A stretch of 42,525 nt of DNA, from NCBI GenBank assembly GCA_900088475.1, contig FLMG01002017.1:1-42525 (forward strand). The letters are read 5' to 3'. Positions 1 to 12,300 of this stretch are shown here, piece by piece. The position numbers were made by a program, and so were the translations under genes. Position 1 is the first letter of the stretch, and each line of letters begins with the position of its first letter. Below the pieces are notes generated by a model. That model was given only the letters and a program-made list of their open reading frames with translations, did not search any database and had not been told where the DNA came from. This DNA comes from Hyphochytrium catenoides (taxonomy: Eukaryota; Protista; Hyphochytriomycota).

Positions 1-509
1 CTCCACCTCTTCCCTGGCAATCATCATCTCTTCTATCTGGAAGCAAGCTCCTGATCCTGGGCAGGATATGCCTCAATCGCTATCACTGATCATACGCATA
101 CAATGGAAGGCCGTTTATGGCTGGCAATTGACACCTTGTTCAACCTTGGTGGAGAGCAGATGCGTGCAGGGAACAGACAAGTAGCAGGATTCTCTCGATT
201 ATTTCGTAAGGGGCGACCAACAGCTACGGGACTAGGAAGTTCTGTGCACAAAGGTTGTAGGGTTAAACACTTATATAGAGTTAGAACTAGTCCAGAGTGA
301 CAGACGCCACTTCATTCGTGATGACCAGAAACCCCCTAGAGCAGGAGAAACGACAGGTAAGCAGTCGCCTGACAGGCATTCCCCAACAGCGACCAACCGC
401 TACTCTCAGCGCGCCGTTCGGACCACTGAAGTGTGAGTAGTAGTAGACTATTGTAGGGAGACCAACGTAAGGAGAAAATTATAATTGAAGAAGAGACCAA
501 GGCTTTCTA

Positions 510-1100
510 GCTCTTGTTGTCTTCTCTTCTTCCACTTCTTCTTCTTCTTCTCCTGTTATTCTCCTTCTTCCCCTTCTTTTTTCCTCCTTCTTCTTCTTTT
601 CTTCCTTCTTCTCTTTTCCTTCTTCTCCTTCTTTTTTCTTCCTTCTTCTCCTTCTTTCTCCTCTTTCCTCCTTCTTCTTCTCCTTCCTCCTTCTTTTACA
701 CTTTTCCCCCTTCTTCTTCTCCTGGTTCTTCTTCTGCTGTCTCTTCTTCTCCCTCTTCTTCTTCTACCTCTTTTCTTCTTCTCTGCTTCTTCTTCTCATT
801 GTTCTCTTTCTTCTTATACTCCTTTCCTCCTTCTTTTCTCTTCCTTCTTCTCCTTCTTTTTTCCTCCTCCTCCTTCTTTCTCCTTTTTCTTCCTTCTTTC
901 TCTTTTTTACTCCTTCTTCTTTTACACTTTTTCCCTTCTTCTTCTCCTGGTTCTTCTTCTGCTGTCTCTTCTTCTTCTTCTTCCTTCTCCCTCTTCTTTT
1001 TCTACCTCTTCTGCTTCTTCTCTGCTTCTTCTTCTCCTTGTTTCTCTTTCTTCTTCTTCTCGTTTCCTTTTGCTTGTTCTTCTCCCCCTTCTTCTTCTAT
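510..1100. repeat. Polypyrimidine (CTT/CCT-rich) low-complexity tract with an internal direct duplication
   Basis: Almost pure C/T on the + strand. The block ttttacacttttccc..cttcttcttctcctggttcttcttctgctgtctcttcttct occurs at ~694 and again at ~920. Confidence 0.9.
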
Positions 1101-1929
1101 GTAGCTTTAGTAGCTAGTGCATAAGGTAACATCAGAGACTGTGGCGTATTATTGAGAGAGAGAGAGTGAGAAGGTGCTCTGACTGCACTTTTGCTGGCCA
1201 AGCCGCCTCAGTCCAGACAAGCACCAGACAGAGATTCGTCGGGAACATAGGCAAGTAACAAGGTGTCTTCTCCTTCACAAACAAGTTAATTAAGTACAAT
1301 ACAGAGGTGAGCGAGAAAGAGTCTCCCTCACGAGAGAGAGTAAGTCTACCTGACATTGCAAGGATAGAGTAGTAACATGCAAGAGAGGCTGGGTCAGCAG
1401 ACTACTCCTAAGAACATGCAAAGAGGAAGAGGGCAGAAAGGGAAAAGAAAGAGAGAATCCGTTGTCCGACCCGCTCGTTGGATCTTCGAGTGAGGACTAC
1501 CCGTCCTGAGAATAATGTCAAAGAGGAGAGGCCGCATCCCATACACCGGCCGATCCTCATCCAGCGACTCAGGTGGTTGGTCAGAAGTTGACGAAAGTGC
1601 ACATATAAGCTCTCTAATAGATTCGCACAAGAAGAAAGTATGTACCACGCATGTAAGGAGGGAGAGAATTGAGAAAGAAAATTAGCTTGAGAAGGATTCG
1701 CCTTATTATTGAGCGATTATTCAAAAGTGAGGAGGGCAATAGTAGACTCTTGTCTGAAGACAGGACTTGCTTGCCTGATCGAATGTATGATGGTCTCGGC
1801 CCTACACCCTCTTCTTCTCCTCCTCCGTCTCCTGTCGTTATTGCCGACAGGGTCAACTATAATTCTTCCTTTTCCGATGATAATGATGGAAAAGGAGGAG
1901 ACCGTGTTGAAGAAGGGTCCAGGACTTTG

Positions 1930-2059
1930 TAGCTCTTCTTGTCTCTTCTTCCTATTCATCTTCCTCTTCTTCCTCTCATCTTCTTCCCCTTCTTCTTCCT
2001 CTTCTTCTTCTTCCTCTTCTTCTTCTTCTTTCCCTTCTTCTTCCTCTTCTTCTTCCTCT

Positions 2060-2091
<32 letters not shown>

Positions 2092-2152
2092 TTCCCCTTA
2101 GTCTTCTTCTTCTTTCCCTTCTTTTCCTCTTCTTCTTTCCCGTCTTCTTCCC

Positions 2153-2186
<34 letters not shown>

Positions 2187-2375
2187 TTCCTCTTCTTCTT
2201 CTTCCTCTTCTTCTTTCCTTTCTTCTTCCCCTTCTTCTCCTTCTTTCCCTTCTTCTTCCCCTTCTTCTTCTTCTTTCCCTTCTTCTTCCCCTTCTTCTTC
2301 CTCTTCCTCTTCTTCTTCTTCCTCTTCTTCTTCTTCCTCTTCTTCTTCTTCCTCTTCTTCTTCTTCTTTTTTCTT
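1930..2375. repeat. Degenerate (CTT)n/(GAA)n trinucleotide tract
   Basis: About 440 bp of tct/tcc/ttc units, which generate the poly-S, poly-F and poly-E/K shadow ORFs. Confidence 0.92.
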
Positions 2376-2903
2376 ATTTAGTAGTAGCAGCATTGACCTC
2401 ATAAAACAACGCACAAAAAGAATTAGGAAAAGACAGGCCAGTAGAGGAAGCAAAGAAGGAAATGTACGACGAATATTGTCAAGCAACTGAGTGAATAGAA
2501 GAGGAAAGGGGGAAGACTGGCCGGCCGTAACCCATAGAAACTACAGTACTGTCCTCGCACAACGCATCGCTCAAACCAGATAAGGGAATCAGTCAGAATA
2601 GTTACTAAACAAGAAACGGCCCAACTATAAACCCTTGTGGATGCGCTCTCCAGATCTTCCTTTTCATACTAGGAACTACAGTACAAGCCTTCTAAATAAC
2701 AGTAGATCAGATGATCTTCGCAGACTTGGAGTCAGCAAAGCAGATGAGCTCCGGCTACTTTTCATTGGCAAGAGAGAGACGGTCTAACACGGGTGCTTTG
2801 CTGACGAGGAGGACCAGCAGCTGGTTAGAGCTGATGCTGCCTTCATTGTTCGAGTTGTAGAACGTTGAGGGGTTGACGCCGGGCGTCACCTTAATCGAAT
2901 GAA

Positions 2904-5518
2904 ATGGGAGACAGGAGCAGAAGTAGAGAGCGCCGCCGGAGGTCGAGTCGCAGCAGAAGTAGGGACAGACGGGAGGAGAGGGGGAAGGTCAACAGAGATC
3001 CTGACTCTGGCGATGACAGGGTAGGGCGGAAGGTCGACCACAAGGGTAAGCGGAGCGAGAGCAGAGCCCGAAGCCCAAGGCATCGGAGAGATAGTAGAGA
3101 ATGGAGGGAGAGGAAAACCGAAGACAGAAGAGAAGTTGGGGAGGACTCGAGACGGCATCGACGAAGTAGGAGTAGATCACCGAAAAGGACTAAAAGCCCC
3201 AGGCAACGGGTGGATAGCCATGAGGACAAGAAGGGACACCACGAAGTGCGAAAGGAAGACAAGAAGAGAGTCTCACCGCGCGGAGATAAGAAGGTGGACA
3301 AAGACACACTAGAGCGAGAACAGAATAGGCTGGAGACGCTGAATCGCTCGAGAATGTGGACCACCGTGTCCTCTTCCTCGTCATCGGAAGACGAAGGAAC
3401 GGAGAAAGAGCTGAAAAGGGCAAAGGAGAGAGGGAGAGAAAGGTCACCGTCGGAGACCAACAAGCGAAGAAAGCGTAGGAAGGAGAGTGAAGTTTCGGAG
3501 AGCAGCTCTTCAGAGTCCTCAGATGAGGACTCCTCAAGCTCCAGCAGCGAGGATGACAAGCATCGTCACAAGCACCGTTCCCACAAGAGGAAGGAGAAGG
3601 ATCAGAGTAAGCATAACAAGAAACAAAAGAAGAGAAAAGACAAGAAGCATAGAAAGAAGAAAGAAAAGCGAAGTAAAAAGGAGAAGAAGAGCAAGAAAGA
3701 GAAGAAGGATGAGCCCTCCAAGACAAGCGCCGTTGATCAGAACATGTATGGAAAGTACGGCATCATCCGAGAGGCTGACTTTCATCGTAAAGCTCCATCC
3801 TTTGAGGCTTGGATGAGAGAAGTGAAGAAGGTACAAACTCATTTGCCCATTCTTTCCGCAAACGTAGTTCTCCTCCGCTCATCTTCACCTATGAGAGATC
3901 TCGTCCTTGTCTCTTTCTTCCTCATCCTGCAGCCTAAGCAGCGGCTACTCTGTCGTTCTGTGTCCTGGCACATATCTCCTGCGGGAGGCTCTAAGCGTCT
4001 GATTGTGCCCTGTCCTCTCTCAGATTTCAGATCTGCGTGGCCCAAAGTACGAGACTATGGAGCATTTTAGGACTTACATGGAGGTCAGGCCGACCCACAG
4101 ACCACATCTGTGATTCCTCTCGCTCTGGAGTCTATAACTCGCTCTCTTCAGTCTGCCACTCTCTTTCAATCTCTCGCTCTCTTATTAGAAGTAATTCTGT
4201 CTATCACTTCGGGGCACGCACACTCTTCTACCACTACGATGGTGCCATTACGATGTTGCCTAAATCTCGCTGGCACGAGACTTCGGTGCAATAGCGCATA
4301 CCTGCTTACCTCTCGCACTCGTTTGACCTCTATATTTAGGATTTTCTGGACATGCCTTGCCATACTCGGTCTGTTAACCTTCCTCTTCTGTCACCCCTCG
4401 CTCCCATCTTTGGGAAAATAGGACTATAACACGGCCACGTTGCCTCATGAGAAATACTATGATATTGAAGCTTGGGAGATGCAGAACTATAAGAAGCAGC
4501 AGCTGAAAGGTCTGAAGGAAGCACTAAGCAGTAGCCGCCCCGCCGCCGTCCCTGCCAACGATGAGGAGGCAGTCCGTCAGGTTGGGCTCTTCTCTTCTCA
4601 CCAGGACTCCTTGACTCTCTTTGAATACTCCTTCCGCGCTATCTTCTTCTCCAGACTCCACCGCTCCCAGGCTTGTTGTTGCTTCTCTTCTGCCTCCAAG
4701 ACACGGTTCTGTGTCTTCTGCGTTTTCTAAGCTACTGTGAATTTGGATGCTTCTTTAGCTCTAGCCTTCTGTTTGATTGTTAGCCTTTCTGCGGTGTGCC
4801 TTTCTGTCCTGGGCTTTTCATCTCGACTTACTTCGCGTTTTTTGCTCAGCCTTTTGATGTGCTCACCTTGCGTAGCCTCTTCTAGCCAGCCTCTGCAATT
4901 GTCTCCTAGACCACTTGCCTCTTGGATCTTCATAAGCCCTCTTTGTCTTCCTAGATGGCCTTCGTCTCAATTGCTGCGTTGGCTATGCTCTTTACATTTA
5001 GTTTGTGGGTCTACAATTCCACCAGTCCCTTCCACAGACACTCCGTTTGCAAACCTCCATAGCAGGGCGCCTTTCCTTATAATTGGCTCTACTACTATGG
5101 CAATCTCTATTGCTACGAGCCTCCCTTAGCTTTGAGCATGACTTTGTCTTCTTCTACTAGCCTTAGCCGATGTGCTGTCGGCTTAACTCTTGCTCCCTCA
5201 CTACATGGGCTAACCAAGTATCTCTTCTCCATAGGAGAAGCTTCGGAAGCGTGAAGAAAAAGAGCACGAAGAATTCCGGAAGGTTCTCGCGACGATGGAC
5301 AGATCCAAGATTGATGACATGCGCCGCCAGGTGAGCCTTTTTAGCTTGGAGAGGGTGCATCCGTCCAGAAGAAGAATCTGATCTCATCTCTCTACCCTCC
5401 CATTGCCAATATGCTAATGTAGGAGCAACTTCGAGCACAAATGCAGCTGCACTATAAAAGCGGAAACCTTGCAGAGGCTCGTAAGCTGGAAGCTCTGCTC
5501 AATGCAAAGGACGAATAA
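2904..5518 (+). CDS. RS/Lys-rich conserved (probably nuclear) protein with a conserved C-terminal domain, ~445 aa, 5 exons
   Basis: Exons 2904-3830, 4024-4083, 4422-4580, 5235-5330 and 5423-5518 are all GT-AG and phase 0. The spliced product reads YGKYGIIREADFHRKAPSFEAWMREVKK-ISDLRGPKYETMEHFRTYME-DYNTATLPHEKYYDIEAWE...EQLRAQMQLHYKSGNLAEARKLEALL. This matches from memory a conserved uncharacterised plant/fungal/protist family (YGKYGII...EF.AWL.EVK...FMEDYNTATLP..KYY). The N-terminus is RS-, S/D/E- and K-rich. Confidence 0.85.
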
Positions 5519-6358
5519 ATGACGGGCCTAGTCTTCTGATGCTCAGTCTTTCTCGCGAGAGACGTGCCCACCCATCTGATCGTTTGGTGCTATGGACTAA
5601 TCGCGAGGGACAAAGTCAAGGTCACACAGCTAATAAGTTAAAAAGCCACCAGCAGGTCCTTGTCGTACTCGAGCCCTATCATGTGAGGTGTCATGGAGAG
5701 GGAGGTATAAGACTTATCATCCAGAGCATGGGCGGGGCCAGCCTTTCGCTCGCAAGAGGGTTAGCCGGAGTTGATGTCAGACTTCCGCTCTTCTTTTCCC
5801 GTTGCCTGCCATCGCAAGAACAGCTGCAAGAACCGTAAGTAAACGGTCGCGCGTCTCGGTTGCTCCTTTTCCTTTCTCGCATCATCATCTACCGCTGCTG
5901 CGTGGGGGCTGGGGTTCAACAGCACGGGCCAGGCCGCGAGGTCTAGTTCTCATAGGAATGATATTGGTCTATGAGTCTCCAGACCGATGAAGTTGAAGTC
6001 ACCCTTGCCCGGTAGGAAACACGAAAACCATCGTGCAATCAAACACCGTATATCTACGATAGTTTGCTGATAAGAACCTCTATACTTGTATAATGAAGTA
6101 TTAATTCCTAATAACTACACCGGTGATTCTGACGTGCGGGGCGGCGATGAAGATGAAGCGACACAGCAGCGCGGCACATCATTCGACCGCCAGCACCTTT
6201 TGAAGCTCCAGAAGGCAGCTCATTGAAGCTCAAGTCTCGATCTCCGGCCCATCAGGCAGCTTCAGGAAGCTTTCTTTTTACCTTTCGGCCCCGGTACACC
6301 TTGATAGAGGGCGCCGCAGACCGCAGCAGGAGAAGAAGCTGTCTTTGTTATAGGCGGA

Positions 6359-9300
6359 ATGACTCTCCTCCAGTCGGCTCAAGCGTATTATGAGGAGGCC
6401 TTTTATGGCGAGGTGACGGATGCCAGTCTCATGGTTACTTAGAGGCACATCAAACCCAACGCCGCCATGCGTCGCCAAGAAGCTTTGCTGTGGGGCGTAG
6501 ACTCAGACAGTGAAGTGGGAGACAGAGAGGGTCATTGAGTCCATTATTGCTCTCCGAGCCCTTGCCTCCTGCAAACTGAACTCCATAACAATGGAGATTG
6601 AGAAGCGTGAGTCCGCTGTCCTCCCGGAGCCTGATGAAGGAGAGCCAGAGGTAGCGCACTCCTTCCATTCCGCTTCCATAACTTCGCAGCAGACACTCAC
6701 GAATCTCTATCCCCAGGGCTCGTTCCTGCCACCGGAGCTCCGACTGCACTTCAGAAAAGAACTGGAGGATCCTGACATTTCTCAAGCAGTTGTCGCCGCG
6801 AGGAAGCTGCGCTCAGCGCATCTCGTAGATCAGCACACAGCTTATCACCTCTATCTCTCCAAGCCTGGCGCAAATCCTCATCGCTCTCTATACAATGCCG
6901 CGGTGGAAGACGACATCACAAGGACAGTCACCCACAACCGTGTCCTGCAGGCCCTACAGCACCACTTCTCGCTTATTGCAAAGGGCGAGCTCCAGCGCAC
7001 AGCTGTCCAAGTGCAGAAGAAAGTAGTGGCAGAGCTAAGCATGGTCTTCCCAGACCATGATGTCTACATCGGCCTACTAGTTCCAGGATCCGGTGAGCAT
7101 GCCAACGTCGTCTCTCTTGGTCCTTTCGCTTGACTAACGTACCGTCTGGTTCGCATTTGCCCTGCGTTTCTCGCTCGATGCTCTTCTGTCGCTCTCACAT
7201 GCGTTTCCCTTCTTGCTCTTAGGGCGGACACGTCTTCGATTCCCCTACTGTTCGAAGCTCAGCCAAATGGAAGGGAAGGAGCTCGTTCGAGCGCACGCCA
7301 GCGCGTCGGATGTGAGTGAAGGAATCAGCTGGGAGGTCATTGATCGAGTGCGCTCGTTTGCGCTCAAAGATGTCTCAAGCGCCGTTCGAGGCAGCTATCC
7401 TCAGGGAGGTGGGCGTAAGGTTTGTCTGTTTGAGCTGAAGCACGGTCTCGTGGAGCCCGGTGAGGTCATGGGAGCCATGGCACTCGTTCCCATTGTGCAT
7501 CGAGGAATGGCGCTCGGGGTGATTGGGATCGATCAGTGCCGGAAGACCCGACAGCAGCAACCGGAGAAACAGAGTGAAGAGACCGTGCAGCACATGATCA
7601 GAAGCTATTTAGAGGCTCACAAGTGGGAGGCGACGACAGTTCAAAGGGTGATTGATCGACTCAAAGCTTTAGGTGAGAATATGGGCTCTTGGGCACGTAG
7701 ACCGACGACGCCTTTCTCGTACGTTCTCTCTTTCTCTCAGACCCGTTCTCGTTCCCTGCTTTCCTCCCACGCTGTCTGACGCCCGGTCCCTACACTTTTG
7801 CCCGCCTTGCAGAAGTGGATGGGAAGAAACTTCTTAGTCTGTCAGACCGTGACCTTAGCCTTCACCTGGAGCTCCCTTTTGACCGGCGTAAGCTGCTGAC
7901 TGATCTCATCAACAAGCTCAGAGGAGGAGACTGCAGAATGGTTCCCAGCTATAGTCCGCCGTTTATTGAGCAGGACTTCCTCTGCGGGCCCCCGCTCCTT
8001 GCGGAGTCCGCTGACAAGAACCATTCAAACATCAGGTTCTGTTTGGCTACTAGCTCATCCTTGCAATCCTTCAGTATGATGGGTGTCCAGGCATTGTTCC
8101 TCGAAGCCATACACTACCTCGTTCCTCGCATCTTTCTCCTTCCCTATCGTTCTTGCCACTTCTTCGCAATAGGGAAGTACACTATGCTGACCCTTTCCTC
8201 AGGTTCTTAGAAGCTGTTGGCCGTTTGTTAGGCTCCGTGTGCGACCACCTCCAGAAGCTTGATGCTCTAAAGCTGCTCAGTGCTAAAACCAAGGACCCCA
8301 CCTGCACAGCTTTCGACTTGTACGACAGCTTGTTCGCCACTCTCACGACGAATGTCAGCTACATCTCTAGGATCTCTATCCTTCAGGTAGGTCTTCTGTC
8401 TTTACAAAGCCTTCAAAATCTCTAGTTTTTCATGGTGCTCACCCCGAGCCTCGGCCCACACTATCCAGCTAAATATGTACGGAGCCGCGCATCAGACGTA
8501 TTGCTCGGAGTCAATCCTTCAGAACAAGAAACCAGGCGTGGAGACCCTGATGAAGCTGATAAAGGAAAAAGAGTTGACGAAGGAGATGACTGTGCATGGC
8601 ATCACCTCCTTCATGAAAGGCAGGATCTACACCTATCGGCAAGCCCTCCAGCAGAAGACTGCCACCTCCCCAAAGAGAGAACAGGAGGGACGTGGCAGCG
8701 CTGTCCCGCCCGAACAATGCGAATTCTTAGCAGAATGGAGTTCTGGCCTGAAAGAATGGATCAGCTACCGAGATCTTATCCGCCTTCTAATGACGCAGAA
8801 GCTTCCTCTGGAAGGGACAGCCGTGCTCCAGCTAATTCATGACATCCCAGCTGGCCAGGCTGCCGTCTATCACATCGACATCTCTAAGCGTGTTGCAGCC
8901 ACCTCCGAAGAACTGACAGAGCTCATTGTCCGTGGTACTGAGAGCCACTATGCTGCCCTGTCGTCCACACTGCGCTCTCCAGCTCTATGTGCTGGGTTTA
9001 AAGACCCTGCACGCCCGGATTTTGTGATGCAGTATGTTTGGATTCCTCTGCCCGACGCAGCGCATCTTCAGGCTGCCCCCACAGTGTTGGCGAAGGTGGA
9101 CGACGATGTCTCCTTTCTCGTTGAGGTACGTTGTTTGCAACTAAGCTGCTCACTGCTTACTTTCTTCTAGCTGACGAGGGCTGCAAGCGCTAGTTTTCTC
9201 CTCCTTCGATGGGTCTACCAGTGGTTGGTGCTCTGTGCCTTTAGACCAGAGGCACTGCTTATGTCCTGCGGACACTTCTTGCTCCTCCTTGTCACCTTTT

Positions 9301-12300
9301 TAAGTGAAGAGTCCTTCCCTTAGGTCCATGTCTGAAGTTCTGTTGGCGCTTTATCCCCTCTCTTATGTCTGGTAACGCTAGGCCATGCAAGAGTTCAGCA
9401 AAGCCTTAGAATGTGTCAGAGGACGAGAGACCCGTTGTAACATACGTGAACAAGCTCTGGCATCCATTAAAGATGACATATTGGGACATCTGAAGGATCT
9501 GTGTCCTGCGGAGGACCGCCTGCCTCTCACGGCCGAGGAGGAAGAAAGCTACGTTTTAAGCTGTCTGAAAGAAACCGCCTCCAAGATTCAGTCCCTTTTT
9601 CCCAAGTCTGCCGTCCTACTGGGCGTTCTGAACAGCAACGGGCAGGCACTTCGCGCTATAGCGCAAAGTGAGCACAGCATGGTGAGGGAGGAAGAAGACC
9701 GGGGTATGACTGTCGTGGAGGTTGATCGGGACAAGTGTGTGCCGTTGTTCAAGACAGTTATAGATCAGAAGAGGAATATCATTTCCTACCACTCGCAGTG
9801 CGCTCCTGGAGAGTTCATAGCAGCGGATTATCACGCGGCCGCAGTGCGGACGATGGAGGAGACGGAGTGGTCGCAGGAGACGAGAATCATGCAGAATACG
9901 ACGGTCCAGACCACAGAAGTCCCTCTCATGCCTCGTCCAGGTAAGGAGAGAAAGGGACAAAGCGGATCGTACTCATCTGAACAAACTTCGTTGATCATCT
10001 GCGGGTGCATCTCCTCTCGCTTGCGTCTAATGCATTTCCAATAATAGCCACAAGCTGAGGTAGCTCTTGCCCACCCTTCTCTTTTCCTCTCTGCAGGGAC
10101 AGGCTGGCCATACATCGCACTTCCTCTGACCGCGGAGGATGACGTTGTTGGCGTCCTTGTCATTGACTCGCTTGAAGCCACACCGAGAGGACGGCCAAGG
10201 GAGCAGCAGCCAGAGTTTGGAGTCATGTTCTTCCTTGCAGAGGTTGCCAAGGCGACGGGCCTGGCTGTTGACAGCTTTCGGAAGCTGGTGGCGCTTCAAT
10301 CCATTCGCTACAGCACCGCCTACCCGCTGCTCTCAGAGTATCTTTTATTCCACAATGCTTGTAGGGCTGTCAGCAGAACTCTGAGGCATGTGAAGCGTGC
10401 TGTTGTTGCCTTTGTGGCAGATCCCTCTGGCAAGGGCAGTGCTGCCTACCCTTCCTCACGGTCTCATCGCCTCCGTTCTCAAGGGAGTGACGTCCATGAC
10501 GAGGAGGGCGAGAAGAGGAAGAGACAGCGATACTCTGGCGTCCGGCTAAGAAAACGACAGGTCCCGCCTCATCCTGAGGGACAAACAGTCGGAGCTCCAC
10601 CTGGCACTCCTGGTCCAGTGCTCCGAACGATCTCTCGGGGCATGAGCTCAGTGCAGGGTTCAGGCACTGCCACACAGAGACCTCAGGGAGACGGTCGGTC
10701 CGTTAATTCTCGCGGCTCCGGTCTTTCTCTGACTAGGAGGCTTCAGCTTGAGACTGGATGGATGGTGATGGCAGACCAAGAACTAAACGAATTCGTCCCT
10801 TCTTCTTCTACGTCCCTTCTCGACCGTGTTCTCCTCTCTCTTCGTACGACATACGCAGGAGAGAAGAGAGCCACGACCGCACATTACAAAGTTCCGCCCA
10901 GCGAACCAGGGAACAGAGCTGAGAGGATACCTCTGGCGCTTGGCCGCACTCCAGCCGTGGATTGCGAGGACTTACCTGACAATGAGCTTTTAGACATTCT
11001 CCTCCCTCGGTGCGGAGAACTAAGTCTCTCCTCCATGGCGTCACTTCTACACCTCCAGGAGGGCCGTGCCATGCGTCTCGCTGCGGCAGTGGGCTCTCAG
11101 GTGCGCCACTTGTTAGAGGCACAACTCAGCACAGAACAGTCTTCTCGACGCCGCTACACGCTCTGGGAAGGTGATATGGCCAAGCTGAACTTTGGCCTGT
11201 GGCAACCTCTATACCGCGAGGACTTACACAGCTTCGGGGCTGTCCTGATGCAGATGGAGAACGAACTAGAGCTTGGAAGTGCCCACCTTGTCCTTGGAAA
11301 GACGTCCCCGCAAGAAAGTGATGTGCTCTTTAGTCTGCTGGTGCGTAGAGACGAAGAAACGAAGACCGTTGATGGAAGACGGAGCGCCGCCAGTGGAGAG
11401 TCAAGGAAGAGTCTGACGACAACGCTAGGGACAGCGGACAAATCCCGCGGAAAGGAGGAGGACAGACTGTTTAAAGGAGGGGAAAGTGGCGGCTCTTCTC
11501 GGCCTCCGAGTCAGTCAAAGCGTTCTGTCCGTCCTGATATAGCCCAGGAGAGGGTGCTCTTTCTCTCCGTGGAGAAGGAAAGAGGTCATGGATATGAAAG
11601 GGACAAGAGGTTCATTGCTGATGTCTCAAACGCTCTAAGAAGCGAGGTTAGTGGAGCCAGAGCACTCACTGCTACTTCCGTGAAAGTTTCTCCGTGAAAT
11701 GGTCACCTCAGTTGACTCGTTTGCTCCCTCTCTCTATCTGTCTTTCTCTCTATCCCACACTTCGGGCCCTGTCATGGCCTACTCTTCCATCAGCAGTCCA
11801 GCTTTTGGTTGCCAGGATCGACTTGTAGTCCATTCTCTCGCTCGACGCCAACGGCTAACCCGTCTACTCCGTCCATTTCACTAGCTGTCACTTCTGGAAG
11901 GACGAAGGCTGCGTAGCCTGTCTCGCGTGGCGTCTCTTGCCTTCCTAGATAACAAGGCTGAGGAGGTGCTCGGTGTCGGATATCCGCCTCTCTCCACCGC
12001 GCTGGAGGAGATCTACTGGGAGACACTGCTTAAGCTGCAGCGGGAGCTCGTAGCTCAGGTGCGCTGTTGTCTGGGGTCATGCTCCCTCTCACTCGTCGTC
12101 TATGCCTTCTACATTCTCTCGTTTTTCCTCTGTACCTTCTCTTCTGTCGCTCTGTCTGGGCCCTTTTGACCGCTCCTACCGCAGATCGCGTCCAACCTTC
12201 CTGGATGCAATGTTTACCTCGCGATGGCAGAGATGCGGCGCTCCTTTCTGCACATCTCTTCTGGCGCTTGCAATGCAGTGCACCAAGCTTGCGATCCAAG

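Noticed and set aside
485-1117. 210-aa and 196-aa L/F/S-rich ORFs that look like membrane proteins
   Set aside because: They are artefacts of the C/T-only tract, which rarely contains stop codons.
1939-2490. Poly-S and poly-E/K ORFs on both strands
   Set aside because: They are translations of the (CTT)n/(GAA)n repeat, with no domain or splice support.
5539-6000. Short ORFs between the first two genes
   Set aside because: No motifs or splice support; treated as intergenic or UTR.
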